NCBI GenBank assembly: GCA_947085095.1
Contig: CAMTVD010000003.1
Coordinates: forward strand, 1 to 29,438
Direction of reading: 5' to 3'
DNA: 29,438 bases
DNA from: an uncultured Thermus sp.
GTDB taxonomy: Bacteria > Deinococcota > Deinococci > Deinococcales > Thermaceae
Shown here: positions 15,469 to 24,869 of the stretch, piece after piece
How the letters are laid out: every line of letters begins with the position of its first letter
How positions within the stretch are numbered: the stretch's first letter is position 1
Made by a program: the position numbers and the translations under genes
Notes under the pieces: generated by a model
What the model was told of the DNA's origin: nothing
What the model saw: only the letters and a program-made list of their open reading frames with translations
The model's database searches: none

Positions 15469-15481
15469 GGTGTGCTATCCT
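15453..15481 (+). promoter_or_regulatory. Rightward sigma70-type promoter for capsid/tail genes
   Basis: TTGTAG (15453-15458), 17 bp, TG-c-TATCCT (15476-15481). Confidence 0.65.
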
Positions 15482-15504
15482 AGAGCTAAGCTCGGATAAC
15501 TCTA

Positions 15505-15529
15505 CCCCCGGGAAGCCCCGGGGGGTTTT
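15505..15529 (+). terminator. Terminator-like hairpin in the 5' leader of the protease gene
   Basis: CCCCCGGG-AAGC-CCCGGGGG followed by GTTTTC, ending 8 nt before ATG 15538. Confidence 0.55.
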
Positions 15530-15537
15530 CGTGGACC

Positions 15538-16854
15538 ATGACACGGCATGCCCTGACCATCCCCGTCCCCGGGGGCGAGCCCCCCCGCGAGTTTCGCATC
15601 TTCCCCTTCGGTCGCGTGGAGACGACCAAGGGGGTCTTTCTCTTTGACCAGGAGGCGGCCCGCCGGGTGATGCAGGCCTGGCGGGACTACGGCAACCGGC
15701 TCTCCATTGACTACGAGCACCAGGCCCTGGAGCCCGTGTCCAACGGCCCCGTCCCCGCCGCGGGGTGGTTTGACCTCGAGGTCCGGGAGGACGGCCTCTG
15801 GGCGGTGAACGTGGAGTGGACCCCGAGGGCTATGGAGCTTTTGCGCAACCGGGAGTACCGCTACTTCAGCCCCGCCTTCTACGTGGACGAGGAGGGGCGC
15901 ATCGTGGAGCTCATCAACCTCGCCCTCACCAACCTCCCGGCCACCAAGCGCATGGAGCCTCTGGTGGCGAAGGCGGTGGGGTTTGAGTCGGGCCCGGTCT
16001 ACGAGGGCTCCTCCTGGGACGCGGACGCCGCCGTGGCCCGGGTCCGGCGCTGGGCCAGCCGGGACGGGAGCGGGGACAAGGAGACCATAGACTGGGCGAG
16101 GTACCGCAAGGCTTTCGCCTGGTACGACGCCACGGACCCAGAGAGTTTCGGCTCCTACAAGCTCCCCCACCACGACGTGGTGGACGGGAAGCTTGTGGTG
16201 CACAAAAGGGGGGTCTACGCCGCCGCCGCCGTTCTGCAAGGGGCGCGTGGTGGCGTGGACATCCCAGAGGCGGAGCTGGAGGCGGTGAGGAGGCACATCG
16301 CGGCCCACTACCACCAGTGGGGCGAGAAGGCCCCCTGGGAGCGGGAGGAGACCAGGAGGACGAGGATGGAAAGAGTTTTGCGGCTTTTGGGACTTAGGGA
16401 CGACGCTGGCGAGGCCGAGGCCGAAGCGGTTCTCCGCAGGCTCATGGCGTTCCCGGAACGGGTCTTCGCCCTGACGGGGACGCGCCGGGAGGACGAGGCC
16501 GAGGCGGTGCTCCTGGCCTGGAAGCAGGCCCACGAGGAGCTGCCCCGGGTCCAGGAGCGGCTGGCCGCGCTGGAGGAGGAGCGGAGGAAGGAGCGGCTGG
16601 CCCGCCTCATTGAGGAGGGGAAGAGGGAGGGCAAGCTCACCCCGGCCATGCTCTCCTGGGCGGAGAGCCAGACTCCCGAGGCGCTGGAGGCGTTTTTGCG
16701 GGTGGCCCCCAGGGTGGTCCGGGCGAACGGTCTGGAAGAGCCGGAACCTGGTGGGCTGGACTGGAACCAGATGACGCCCGCTCAGCGGGCGGAGCTCTAC
16801 AGGAAGGACCCCGAGGCCTACCGCGCCCTGCGGCGGAGGGCCCTCGGGTACTGA
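15538..16854 (+). CDS. Mu-like prohead protease/scaffold (gpI-like)
   Basis: IDYEHQ, PAAGW, GLWAVNVEWT, EYRYFSPAF and LALTNLPA motifs, then a coiled-coil scaffold with EGKLTPA. Confidence 0.92.
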   Translation: MTRHALTIPVPGGEPPREFRIFPFGRVETTKGVFLFDQEAARRVMQAWRDYGNRLSIDYEHQALEPVSNGPVPAAGWFDLEVREDGLWAVNVEWTPRAMELLRNREYRYFSPAFYVDEEGRIVELINLALTNLPATKRMEPLVAKAVGFESGPVYEGSSWDADAAVARVRRWASRDGSGDKETIDWARYRKAFAWYDATDPESFGSYKLPHHDVVDGKLVVHKRGVYAAAAVLQGARGGVDIPEAELEAVRRHIAAHYHQWGEKAPWEREETRRTRMERVLRLLGLRDDAGEAEAEAVLRRLMAFPERVFALTGTRREDEAEAVLLAWKQAHEELPRVQERLAALEEERRKERLARLIEEGKREGKLTPAMLSWAESQTPEALEAFLRVAPRVVRANGLEEPEPGGLDWNQMTPAQRAELYRKDPEAYRALRRRALGY

Positions 16855-16866
16855 GGAGGTAGTGAG

Positions 16867-17727
16867 ATGCCTGTGACCACTAGGAGCGACCTATTCATCC
16901 CCGAGGTGCTGGCCGACGCGGTGGCGGGCGCGTGGCCCGACCGCATCGCCCTGCTGGGCACGGAGGCGGTGGTGGAGTCTCGCACCCTGCCCGGCGACGC
17001 CAAAGACGGAGATAGGGTCAGGATTCCGTACTTCGGAGTCCTGGGCGAGTACGAGGTCGTGGGGGAGGGGCAATCCCTGACCCCCACGAAGCTCACCATG
17101 ACCACAGAGGAGGCCGTGGTGCAGCGGGCGGGGAAGTTGTTTGAGATAACCGCCTGGGCCCGCATGGCGGCCATGTACGCCGACCCCTACGCCGAAGCCA
17201 CCCGCCAGCTCCTCGAGGGGGCTCGGCGGACCTTTGACCGGGCTCTGGTGGAAGCGGCTGCCTCCACCACGGGCAGAGGAGTCCAGACGGTGAACGCCTC
17301 CTCCGGCACCATCTCCTACGACGCCATCGTGGACGCCCTGAGCGCCTTCGGCGAGAGCGAGGACTCCGTGGCCGCCGTCGTCATGCACCCCAAAGTCTTG
17401 AACGACCTCCGCAAGGCGAAGAGCAACGACGGCATGCCCCTGTTCCTCAACCCCCAGGACGGTGGCCGCCCACGGGTGCTGGGCCTGCCCATCATCGTCT
17501 CCCGCCGGGCCCCGGTCATCAGCGGCACCCCCAACACCTACGTCACCCTCTTCGTGCGCCGCGGGGCCCTCGCCCTCTGGTACAACGGCACGCCGAGCAT
17601 TGAGACGGACAAGGACATCGCCAGCGACACCCTCCTCGCCGCCGTGAACGTCTACTTCGTGGCCCACCGCTACTCCCGACTCCCCGGCGACACCGATCCT
17701 GTGGTGGTGCGGCTCGTGACCAGGTAG
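16867..17727 (+). CDS. Major capsid protein
   Basis: TTRSDLFIPEV, GDRVRIPYF, DAIVDALSAFGE, VMHPKV and IETDKDI pattern. Follows the protease; strong RBS. Confidence 0.88.
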   Translation: MPVTTRSDLFIPEVLADAVAGAWPDRIALLGTEAVVESRTLPGDAKDGDRVRIPYFGVLGEYEVVGEGQSLTPTKLTMTTEEAVVQRAGKLFEITAWARMAAMYADPYAEATRQLLEGARRTFDRALVEAAASTTGRGVQTVNASSGTISYDAIVDALSAFGESEDSVAAVVMHPKVLNDLRKAKSNDGMPLFLNPQDGGRPRVLGLPIIVSRRAPVISGTPNTYVTLFVRRGALALWYNGTPSIETDKDIASDTLLAAVNVYFVAHRYSRLPGDTDPVVVRLVTR

Positions 17728-17729
17728 CC

Positions 17730-17999
17730 ATGGGGTACTTCGCTATTCGGCGCATGCGGGAGAGGCTGCAAGGAGCAGGAGCGCCCGAGCTCCCTCGGGA
17801 GGGTGCCCCCACCCCCGAGGGGCCTGCGGGAGGTACGCCCCTCCCCGAGGGCTTTCCCGCCCGTAGCCTCCTCCTCGCCAACGGATACGCCACCCTGGAG
17901 GCGGTGCGGGAGGCCACGGACGAGGCCCTCCTGGGAGTGAAGGGCATCGGGCCGAAGCTCTTGGCGGAGATCAGGGATGCCCTACGCCAGCAGGGCTGA
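17730..17999 (+). CDS. Small helix-hairpin-helix protein
   Basis: GYATLEAVREATDEALLGVKGIGPKLLAEI HhH motif. Confidence 0.7.
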   Translation: MGYFAIRRMRERLQGAGAPELPREGAPTPEGPAGGTPLPEGFPARSLLLANGYATLEAVREATDEALLGVKGIGPKLLAEIRDALRQQG

Positions 18000-18369
18000 C
18001 CTGCGCGCCCTCGGGCTTCCCGAGGCGGTCCTGGCCTCCATCCCGGAGGCGGAGCAGGAGGCGGCCCTCGAGGCTGCCTCCGCCCTGGCGGACTCCTACC
18101 TCCGGGCCCGCTACGACCTCCCCCTCGCTTCCTGGGGGCGCGGGCTCACCCGGGCCGTGGCCCTCATCGCCGCCTACGACCTCATGAGCCGGAGGGGGTA
18201 CGACCCCACCCGGCCCGGGCAGGAGAACCTGCGCATGCGCTATGAGGACGCCATCCGCTGGCTGGAGGGGGTGGCCGCAGGGAAGGTGGACCCCGGGGTA
18301 GAGGACGCTACCCCCGAGGTTTCCTCCACCGCCGTCCAGGCCGTGACCCGCGAGCGGAGGTGGCCGTGA
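17977..18369 (+). CDS. Head-tail connector (Mu gp36/DUF1320-like)
   Basis: YASRADL…ASALADSYLRARYDLPL…RYEDAIRWLEGVAAGK. Confidence 0.88.
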   Translation: MPYASRADLRALGLPEAVLASIPEAEQEAALEAASALADSYLRARYDLPLASWGRGLTRAVALIAAYDLMSRRGYDPTRPGQENLRMRYEDAIRWLEGVAAGKVDPGVEDATPEVSSTAVQAVTRERRWP

Positions 18370-18887
18370 GTGTGCGCGGGGATTTTGACGAGCTGAAGCG
18401 GCTCCTGCGTGGCTTTGAACGGCTAACCCGGCCCGGGGCCCTGCGGGAGGTGTCCCGCGCGGCGGCGGAGGGGGCCATGAGCGCCCTCATGGACCGCTTC
18501 CGCACCGCCACCGACCCGTACGGGAGGGCGTGGCCGCCTTCTCTCCGGGCTCAGCTGGAGGGGGGGCAGACCCTCTCGGACACGGGCCGCCTGCGCCGCT
18601 CCTTCAGCGTCCAGAGCGTCAGCGAGAGGGGCTTCGTCATCGGCACCAACGTGCGCTACGCCGCCGCCCACCAGTTCGGGGCGGTGATCCGCCCCCGCCG
18701 GGCACGTTACCTCCGCTTTCGCTTGGCCGGGGGGCGTGGGGCGCGGAAGGGCGGGAGAGGGCGGTGGGTCACCGCTAGCCGGGTGGAGCTCCCCGCCCGG
18801 CCCTTCTTCCCCGAGGGGCATTACCTCGGGGAGTACGCCGAGCGCATGCGCGAGGCCATCGCCGCGTGGTTGGAGGCCGAGCTGTGA
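18360..18887 (+). CDS. Virion morphogenesis protein (Mu gpG / P2 gpS-like)
   Basis: DPYGRAW, TLSDTGRLRRS, IGTNVRYAAAHQFG and LPARPF. Confidence 0.88.
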   Translation: MAVSVRGDFDELKRLLRGFERLTRPGALREVSRAAAEGAMSALMDRFRTATDPYGRAWPPSLRAQLEGGQTLSDTGRLRRSFSVQSVSERGFVIGTNVRYAAAHQFGAVIRPRRARYLRFRLAGGRGARKGGRGRWVTASRVELPARPFFPEGHYLGEYAERMREAIAAWLEAEL

Positions 18888-19318
18888 TCGCGGAGTTCAT
18901 CCAGGTCCTCGCCCAGGAGCTTCCCGCCGTGCCCATCTACGTGGGGCTCGCCGGGCTGGACGAGCACGCCCACCCGCCCCGTCTGGTGGTGGTGCCCGAG
19001 CGGGAGACCCTGGAGGCCTCCACCCAGTACACCTTCCCCGCGCCCACAGGCCGCCCCCTCTACGCCCGGCGGGTGCGCCTCTCCCTCTACCTCTGGGCCA
19101 GCGCCTACTCGGACGTGGAGGGGATGCTGGCGGAGGTCCTCACCGCTCTGCGGCGGCGGCTCGGCACCCTCGCCCAGCCCCGGGACGGGGAGTGGGTGGA
19201 GGGGGGAGCCATCGCCCTGGGGGTGGCCTACCGGCTGGGCCTCGAGGTGGTGGCCCCGGTGGAAGAGCGGGAGCAGTACGTAATCCTGGAGCAGTTAGCC
19301 ATGCAGTGCGGAGGTTGA
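18884..19318 (+). CDS. Putative tail terminator/completion protein
   Basis: GGAGG RBS, GTGA coupling. Size and position before the sheath gene. Confidence 0.55.
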   Translation: MIAEFIQVLAQELPAVPIYVGLAGLDEHAHPPRLVVVPERETLEASTQYTFPAPTGRPLYARRVRLSLYLWASAYSDVEGMLAEVLTALRRRLGTLAQPRDGEWVEGGAIALGVAYRLGLEVVAPVEEREQYVILEQLAMQCGG

Positions 19319-19319
19319 T

Positions 19320-19523
19320 ATGCCTAGGAAAGACGAGACCCAAGAGGTTCAGGAGGAGCCCCGGCGCCCCTACGAGGAGTGGGCGCGGGAGCTCGGCACC
19401 CCAGGGTGGCTCCTCGCCGCCGCCAAGACGAAGGCGGGATGGGCCCTGGGGCAGGAGGTGACCCGCAAGGAGTACGAGGCTGCCCTTGAGGCGGCCCAGG
19501 GGGAGGTGATCCGCAATGCCTAA
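19320..19523 (+). CDS. Small hypothetical tail-region protein
   Basis: GGAGG RBS. W…A…GW…G.EVT..EY..A pattern typical of small pre-sheath genes. Confidence 0.65.
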   Translation: MPRKDETQEVQEEPRRPYEEWARELGTPGWLLAAAKTKAGWALGQEVTRKEYEAALEAAQGEVIRNA

Positions 19524-20925
19524 TCTGCCCGGGGTGTACCTGAACATCCAGGACGGGAACCTGGGCGTCCTCCCGGCCCTGGGAGAGGGCGTGCACGTCA
19601 AGATCGGCGTGGCGAGCCAGGGGCCCGTGAACGAGGTGGTGGCCGTCTACGACACCAAGCGGGCCAAAGAGGTCTTCGGCTCCGGTCCCCTCCTGGAGGC
19701 CATCGGCGTGGCCTTCGCCCAGCGGGCGGGGGCCATCTACGCGATCCGGGTGAACGCCAGCGTGGCGGGCACGGTCTCCAGCGTGACCAAGGCGGGGAGC
19801 GGGACGGGCACCCTCACCGTCACGGGAAACCCCCTGGACGCTTACGAGGTGGTCGTCCGCATCACCCGGGCCGGGGGTTTGGGGGCCGCCGCCTTCGTCT
19901 ACTCCCTGGACGGGGGGGACACCTACAGCCCCGAGATCGCCGTCCCCAGCGGCGGCACCTATGACCTCCCGGGCACCGGGCTCACCCTCACTTTCAACCC
20001 CGGCTCGGGGCAGTTCAAGGCCGGGGACGAATACCGGTTCACCACCACCGCCCCCGGCTATAGCCTGACCGACCTGAACAACGCCCTGGACGCCCTTTTT
20101 GCCCAAGCCCAACTCCGCTACCAGTTCGTGCACGTGGTGGGGGCCGCCACCCCCACCGTGGCCGCCGCCGTGGACGCCCGCATGGGGGAGGCGGCCAGCC
20201 AGCACCGCTACATCTGGGCCATCCTGGACGCCGAGGACAAGACCGACAGTCAGCTGCGCACTGACTGGGCCAGATTCGCTTCCACGCGGGTGGGCGTGGG
20301 GGCTGGGTACGCCGAAATCGCCAGCCCCATCACCGGGCGGGTGCACCGCAGACCCATTTCCTGGCTCTGGGCGGGACGCCGCGCCGCCCGCCCGGCCCAG
20401 GAGGACGTGGGCCGGGTGGCCTCTGGCCCCCTGGTGGGCGTGGTCCGGCTCCACCGGGACGAGTATGTGAGCCCCGGGCTGGACGAAGCCCGCTTCACCA
20501 CGGCCCGCACCTACCCCGCCTACGCGGGGTACTACCTCACCCAGGGCCGCCTCATGGTCCCGCCCGGCTCGGACTTTGAGCTGGACCAGTACCGCTCCGT
20601 GATGGACCTGGCCTGCACCGTGGCGTACCAGGCGGGGCTTAGGTTCGTGAACGAGTCCATCCGCGTGGACCCCGCCACCGGGGGCATCGCCGAGAAGGAC
20701 GCGGTGCGGGTGGAAGGGTACATCGCGGGGATGCTCAGAGCGGCTCTGAAGGGGAAGGTGAGCGAGATAGAGGGCCAGCCCGCCGTACGGGTGACGGTGG
20801 ACCGCACGGAGAACATCCTCTCCTCCCGCCGCCTCCCCGTGTCCATCGCCGTCATCCCTCTGGGCTACGCCAAGTTCATCAGCGTGGAGATCGGGTTTGA
20901 GAACCCGGCGCTGAAGGTGGGGTGA
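19516..20925 (+). CDS. Contractile tail sheath protein (DUF2586-like)
   Basis: LPGVYLNIQDGNLG start, LDEARFTTARTYPAYAGYY…GSDF, C-terminal ENILSSRRL.V…IPLGYAKFI.VEIGFENP. 469 aa. Confidence 0.88.
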   Translation: MPNLPGVYLNIQDGNLGVLPALGEGVHVKIGVASQGPVNEVVAVYDTKRAKEVFGSGPLLEAIGVAFAQRAGAIYAIRVNASVAGTVSSVTKAGSGTGTLTVTGNPLDAYEVVVRITRAGGLGAAAFVYSLDGGDTYSPEIAVPSGGTYDLPGTGLTLTFNPGSGQFKAGDEYRFTTTAPGYSLTDLNNALDALFAQAQLRYQFVHVVGAATPTVAAAVDARMGEAASQHRYIWAILDAEDKTDSQLRTDWARFASTRVGVGAGYAEIASPITGRVHRRPISWLWAGRRAARPAQEDVGRVASGPLVGVVRLHRDEYVSPGLDEARFTTARTYPAYAGYYLTQGRLMVPPGSDFELDQYRSVMDLACTVAYQAGLRFVNESIRVDPATGGIAEKDAVRVEGYIAGMLRAALKGKVSEIEGQPAVRVTVDRTENILSSRRLPVSIAVIPLGYAKFISVEIGFENPALKVG

Positions 20926-20930
20926 TCTGA

Positions 20931-21368
20931 ATGGAGGTCAGGAACACCAAGCTCTACGACTTCTCCTCGGTGGAGCTCATGATAGATGGGGAGACCATCC
21001 CTGTGGACGCCGAGGTGGAGTACGCCGTGCCCGAGGTCCAGGAGGAGTACATCTACAAGGGGGGGAAGCCGGTGGGGCGCACGCCGGGGATGGTGGAGCC
21101 GGTGGAGGTGACGGTCAAGCTCCCCAAGGACATCTACGACCAGCTCCTGGACAAGTGGGGGAACGGCTTCCAGGACAAGGAGGTGGACATCCAGGTGGTC
21201 TACGCCGGGACGGACGGGCAGACCACCGTGGACTTCATCCGGGCGTGGAGGCCTACGGGCGGGGGGAGCGTGTCCGTGTCCAAAGGCGCTGAGCCCGTCA
21301 TGGTGGAGCTCAAGGGGAAGGCCCTCGAGGTCCTGCCCCGGTCCAAGGCTCCCTTCCGGGCCAAGTGA
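20931..21368 (+). CDS. Tail tube protein
   Basis: 145-aa beta-rich protein right after the sheath (YDFSSVEL, PVGRTPG). Confidence 0.78.
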   Translation: MEVRNTKLYDFSSVELMIDGETIPVDAEVEYAVPEVQEEYIYKGGKPVGRTPGMVEPVEVTVKLPKDIYDQLLDKWGNGFQDKEVDIQVVYAGTDGQTTVDFIRAWRPTGGGSVSVSKGAEPVMVELKGKALEVLPRSKAPFRAK

Positions 21369-21378
21369 GGAGGGGTAG

Positions 21379-21702
21379 ATGCCTGAGCTGAAACCCGCAG
21401 ACGAGCAGGACCTCCTCCTGGAGCACGGGGAGGTCTACGTGGCCGAGGGGCGCTGGGGCAAGGCGTACTTCCGCCCGCCCCAGGAGCCCGAATACAGCCG
21501 CTTCGTGGCTACCGCCGCCCGCGAGGGGGCGAACCTCTACGCGGCGCAGAAGACCCTGGTCCTGGACTGCCTCCTGAAGCCCTCCCGGGCCGAGTTCGCC
21601 GAGATCGTTCGCCAGCGGCCTGGGCTCGTGCCCAAGATCGCCGCCGACCTCATCGCCCTGGCCCAGGACGAGGAGGCCCGGTTTCTGGCGCCGCTCGGTT
21701 GA
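21379..21702 (+). CDS. Tail assembly chaperone
   Basis: Between tube and tape measure, followed by an overlapping alternative-frame ORF. Confidence 0.75.
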   Translation: MPELKPADEQDLLLEHGEVYVAEGRWGKAYFRPPQEPEYSRFVATAAREGANLYAAQKTLVLDCLLKPSRAEFAEIVRQRPGLVPKIAADLIALAQDEEARFLAPLG

Positions 21703-21853
21703 GGTTTACCAGCAAATCCTGAAGGAGCGGAACGTGGCCCTGGCCGCCAAGTGCCTCTTAGCCTACCGCAGGGGGGAGCGCTCCCCGGAGGCGGCGGCCG
21801 GGGCCATGCTGGAGGCCGCGAGCCACCTGGCCCTCATCCCCGACCGTGGATAA
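21683..21853 (+). CDS. Probable frameshifted extension of the tail assembly chaperone (gpT-like)
   Basis: +1 frame FWRRSVEVYQQILKERNVALAAKCLLAYRRGERSPEAAAGAMLEAASHLALIPDRG* fills the gap to the tape measure gene. Confidence 0.55.
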   Translation, partial: FWRRSVEVYQQILKERNVALAAKCLLAYRRGERSPEAAAGAMLEAASHLALIPDRG

Positions 21854-24329
21854 CCGCCTGCAGTGGATCTTTGAGCTTCGCGCCCAGGTTGCCGGGCTCA
21901 CCGCCGCCGTCAGACAGGTGCGGGAGTTCCAGCGGGCGGTGGTGGGGGCTACCTCCGCCGCCCGCGCGGCCAGCGCGGGCATAGGGGCGGAGTTCAGGGA
22001 GACGGGCTACGCCGCCCGCTCCCTCTCCCTGGCCCTGGCAGGGGTGGGGGCGGCCCGAGGAGGGTTCGCGGCCCTGGCCTCCGGGGCGGCCAGGGCCAGG
22101 GCGGAGATGGCCGCCCTCTCCTCCAGCGTTTTCAACCTCCGCAACCTCCTCATCGCCGGGACGGCGGGGTACGGGGCCAAGCTCGTCCTGGACGCGGTTT
22201 CGTTTAAGGAGAACACCCTCATCGCCTTCCAGACGCTTTTGGGCAGCCGCGAGGAGGCGGAGCGGATGATGCGGGAGGCGGTCAGGTTCGCCGCCGGCAC
22301 CCCCTTTGAGACCCGGGACGTCATTGACGCGTACCAGCGTTTGCTGACCGACCGCTTCAAGCCGGCGGAAATCCCGGTGGTGCTCAAGGCCGTGGGCGAC
22401 CTGGCCGCTCTGAAGGGGTTCAGCAAGGAGATCATTGACCGAGCGCTCCGCGCCATCGGGCAAATCCGGGCCAAAGAGCGGTTGCAGGGCGAGGAGCTAG
22501 ATCAGCTGGCCGAAGCCGGGGTGTCTCGCGGCAAGGTCTACGAGGTGATCGCGAAAAGGATCGGGAGGACGACCGATGAGGTGCGCAAACTGCAGGAAGC
22601 GGGGCGCATATCCGCTGACCTGGGCGTCGTGGCGGTCCTGGAAACCATACGCGATACCATTTCCGGCGGGCAGCTGGGGAAGCTCATGGACCTCACGAGC
22701 CGGTCCATCTCCGGGCTGTGGTCCACGCTCCGCTCCCGGCCCACGGAGCTCCTAATGGACATCAACGTTGACCCCGTGCGCAACGTGTTGGCTAACCTGG
22801 TAGCCCTCACCGACCCCGACACCCCTAGCCGCACGGGGCAGCGGTTAAAGGCCATGCTGGAGCGCTACATCGGCGGGGCGTTTAGGGGCGTGTTTGGTAG
22901 CCTCGCCGACGCTACCGACCCCTCGAGGGCCGAAGCCAACCTGAACCGCTTCCTGGACAGCGTGGAGCGCACGATTGCCCGGGTGAGCCTGGCGTGGCAG
23001 CGCATCCGCCCCGCCATCGTGGAGACGTGGCGCGGGGTCATGGACGGCATCCGAGCCGCTCAAAGCGTGGCCCAAACCGTGGCCCCCGTTCTAAACGCCG
23101 TGGCCCAAGCGCTAGGGGGCACTGCGGGCGGCATGGAGGCTTCCACCGTTTCTGGCTTCCGGCTCATCGGCATGGGCATCGCCTTGGCCGGAGCGTGGCG
23201 GCTTCTCAACCTCCTCACCCTGGGCATGGCGGGAAGCGTGGTGCGCTGGGGTGGGCTATCGGTGCTGTGGTTTGGCCGTGTGGCGTTGGCCGCCATGCGC
23301 TACGCCGTGGCCCACCGAGCCGCCATGATGGCCGCGGCCTCCAGCATGGGGCCCATGCTGGCCCGCTTGGGCATGGGGGCGCTAACCATCCTCCGGCTGG
23401 CCACCCCCTGGGGGCTGGTGGCTACGGCGGCGGCGTTTGCCGTGGGCTACATCATCCGCAACTGGGACAAGATCAGGGGATTCTTCGCCAACCTATGGGC
23501 GTCCGTCTCCGGCGCGGCTTCGGCGGCCTGGCAAGGGGTCGTGGCCTGGGCGAGCGGGGCGTGGTCCTCCGTGGTGGCGGCGGTTTCCGGGGCGTGGGGG
23601 AGGATCACCGAGGCCGTCTCCAACGCCTGGGCCGCCCTCCGCGAGCGCGTTTCTAGCGCCGCGGGGAGGGTGCGGGAAGCCCTCTCGTCCCTCTACCGGG
23701 GAGTGGTGGGGTGGTTTAGGAACCTCCCCGACCGCATCGTGGAGGCCGTGCGTGGGGCGGGGAGCCGCTTCGTGGAGGGCCTGCGGGAGATCGTCCGGCG
23801 CGCCCCTGGCGGGGACCTCCTCCTCCGGGCGCTGGACGCGGCGGGGAACGTGGCCCGCCAGGCGTGGGAGTGGGGGAAAGGCGTGGCCCGGGCTATTGGG
23901 GGCGGGGCCAGAGAGGGGCTCGGCATCCGTTCCCCCTCGCGGGTGTTCGCCCACATCGGAGCCATGACGGCCCTTGGCCTCGCCGTGGGCCTGCAGAACG
24001 CTGCGCCTATGGTGGAGCGGGCCACCCAAACGCTGCTCCAGGCGACGCAGGTGGCTCCCACGATAGAGGCCGCCATCAGACTGCCGGAGGTCGCGCCTAC
24101 TCTCCGCTCGCCCGAGGCTCCCCCGCCCCCTCCCGCTCCTCTCCTCCCCGCCGTGACCGCGCTAGCTCCTACGACCAGAGAAACCGTGGTCCATATCCAC
24201 GTGAACGGGGCGCGGGACCCGCGGGAGGTGGCCCGCGAGGTGGTGGCGGCCATAGACCACTGGGCGGCGGGGCGCATCGTGGTCCTGGGCCTCGAGGCCC
24301 TGGCCTCGGAGGTGGGCCATGACGCATGA
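21846..24329 (+). CDS. Tail tape measure protein
   Basis: 827 aa, Ala-rich. FAAGTPFE…LKAVGDLAA…IGQIRAK…GEELDQLAEAG domain, Trp-periodic repeats, LGIRSPSRVF motif. Confidence 0.95.
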   Translation: MDNRLQWIFELRAQVAGLTAAVRQVREFQRAVVGATSAARAASAGIGAEFRETGYAARSLSLALAGVGAARGGFAALASGAARARAEMAALSSSVFNLRNLLIAGTAGYGAKLVLDAVSFKENTLIAFQTLLGSREEAERMMREAVRFAAGTPFETRDVIDAYQRLLTDRFKPAEIPVVLKAVGDLAALKGFSKEIIDRALRAIGQIRAKERLQGEELDQLAEAGVSRGKVYEVIAKRIGRTTDEVRKLQEAGRISADLGVVAVLETIRDTISGGQLGKLMDLTSRSISGLWSTLRSRPTELLMDINVDPVRNVLANLVALTDPDTPSRTGQRLKAMLERYIGGAFRGVFGSLADATDPSRAEANLNRFLDSVERTIARVSLAWQRIRPAIVETWRGVMDGIRAAQSVAQTVAPVLNAVAQALGGTAGGMEASTVSGFRLIGMGIALAGAWRLLNLLTLGMAGSVVRWGGLSVLWFGRVALAAMRYAVAHRAAMMAAASSMGPMLARLGMGALTILRLATPWGLVATAAAFAVGYIIRNWDKIRGFFANLWASVSGAASAAWQGVVAWASGAWSSVVAAVSGAWGRITEAVSNAWAALRERVSSAAGRVREALSSLYRGVVGWFRNLPDRIVEAVRGAGSRFVEGLREIVRRAPGGDLLLRALDAAGNVARQAWEWGKGVARAIGGGAREGLGIRSPSRVFAHIGAMTALGLAVGLQNAAPMVERATQTLLQATQVAPTIEAAIRLPEVAPTLRSPEAPPPPPAPLLPAVTALAPTTRETVVHIHVNGARDPREVAREVVAAIDHWAAGRIVVLGLEALASEVGHDA

Positions 24330-24867
24330 CGAGCTCGTCATCGTGGGCCCTAGCCGCTGGCGCATCGCCCCCGACCCCAAGGCGGACATCGTGGGGCAGG
24401 TGCGGGTGAGCGTGCGAGGCGGGGGCCTGCGCGAGTCCACCGTGGAGGTGCCGGGGCAGGACGGGGTGGTGTCCACGAAGCTCGGCTATTCCCCGGCGGA
24501 GGTCACGGTGGAGGTACGCGTGGCCGACCTCGGCCAGCTAGACCGCATCCGGCGCTTCGCCGAGGTCTACCGCAACCGGCGCGGGGCGGAGAAGCACACC
24601 CCCGTCCAGCTCGTCCACCCCGCCACGCACCGCTGGGGCATCCGGGAGGTCTACCTGGTGGACCTGGAGGAGGCCCCCCTGGACTGGAGGGAGGGGTATC
24701 GGCTCACCCTCCGCTTCCAGGAGTGGTGGCCGGAGACGAGGACGAAAAAGGCCGCCAAGCAGCAGGGCAGCGGCGCCGGAGGCGGGGACGGGCTCCTCGG
24801 TCAGGGCGCGAGCATCCTGGAGGTGGACCGCCCCTCTAAGGCTCCCCCGCCTCCGCCTAAGAGGTAG
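24319..24867 (+). CDS. Putative tail tube initiator/baseplate protein
   Basis: Immediately after the tape measure gene, GGAGG RBS, beta-rich. Confidence 0.55.
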   Translation: MTHDELVIVGPSRWRIAPDPKADIVGQVRVSVRGGGLRESTVEVPGQDGVVSTKLGYSPAEVTVEVRVADLGQLDRIRRFAEVYRNRRGAEKHTPVQLVHPATHRWGIREVYLVDLEEAPLDWREGYRLTLRFQEWWPETRTKKAAKQQGSGAGGGDGLLGQGASILEVDRPSKAPPPPPKR

Positions 24868-24869
24868 CT

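Noticed and set aside
23480..23720. Trp-periodic repeats in the tape measure gene as a novel repeat element
   Set aside because: 11-residue aromatic periodicity is a normal feature of tape measure proteins.
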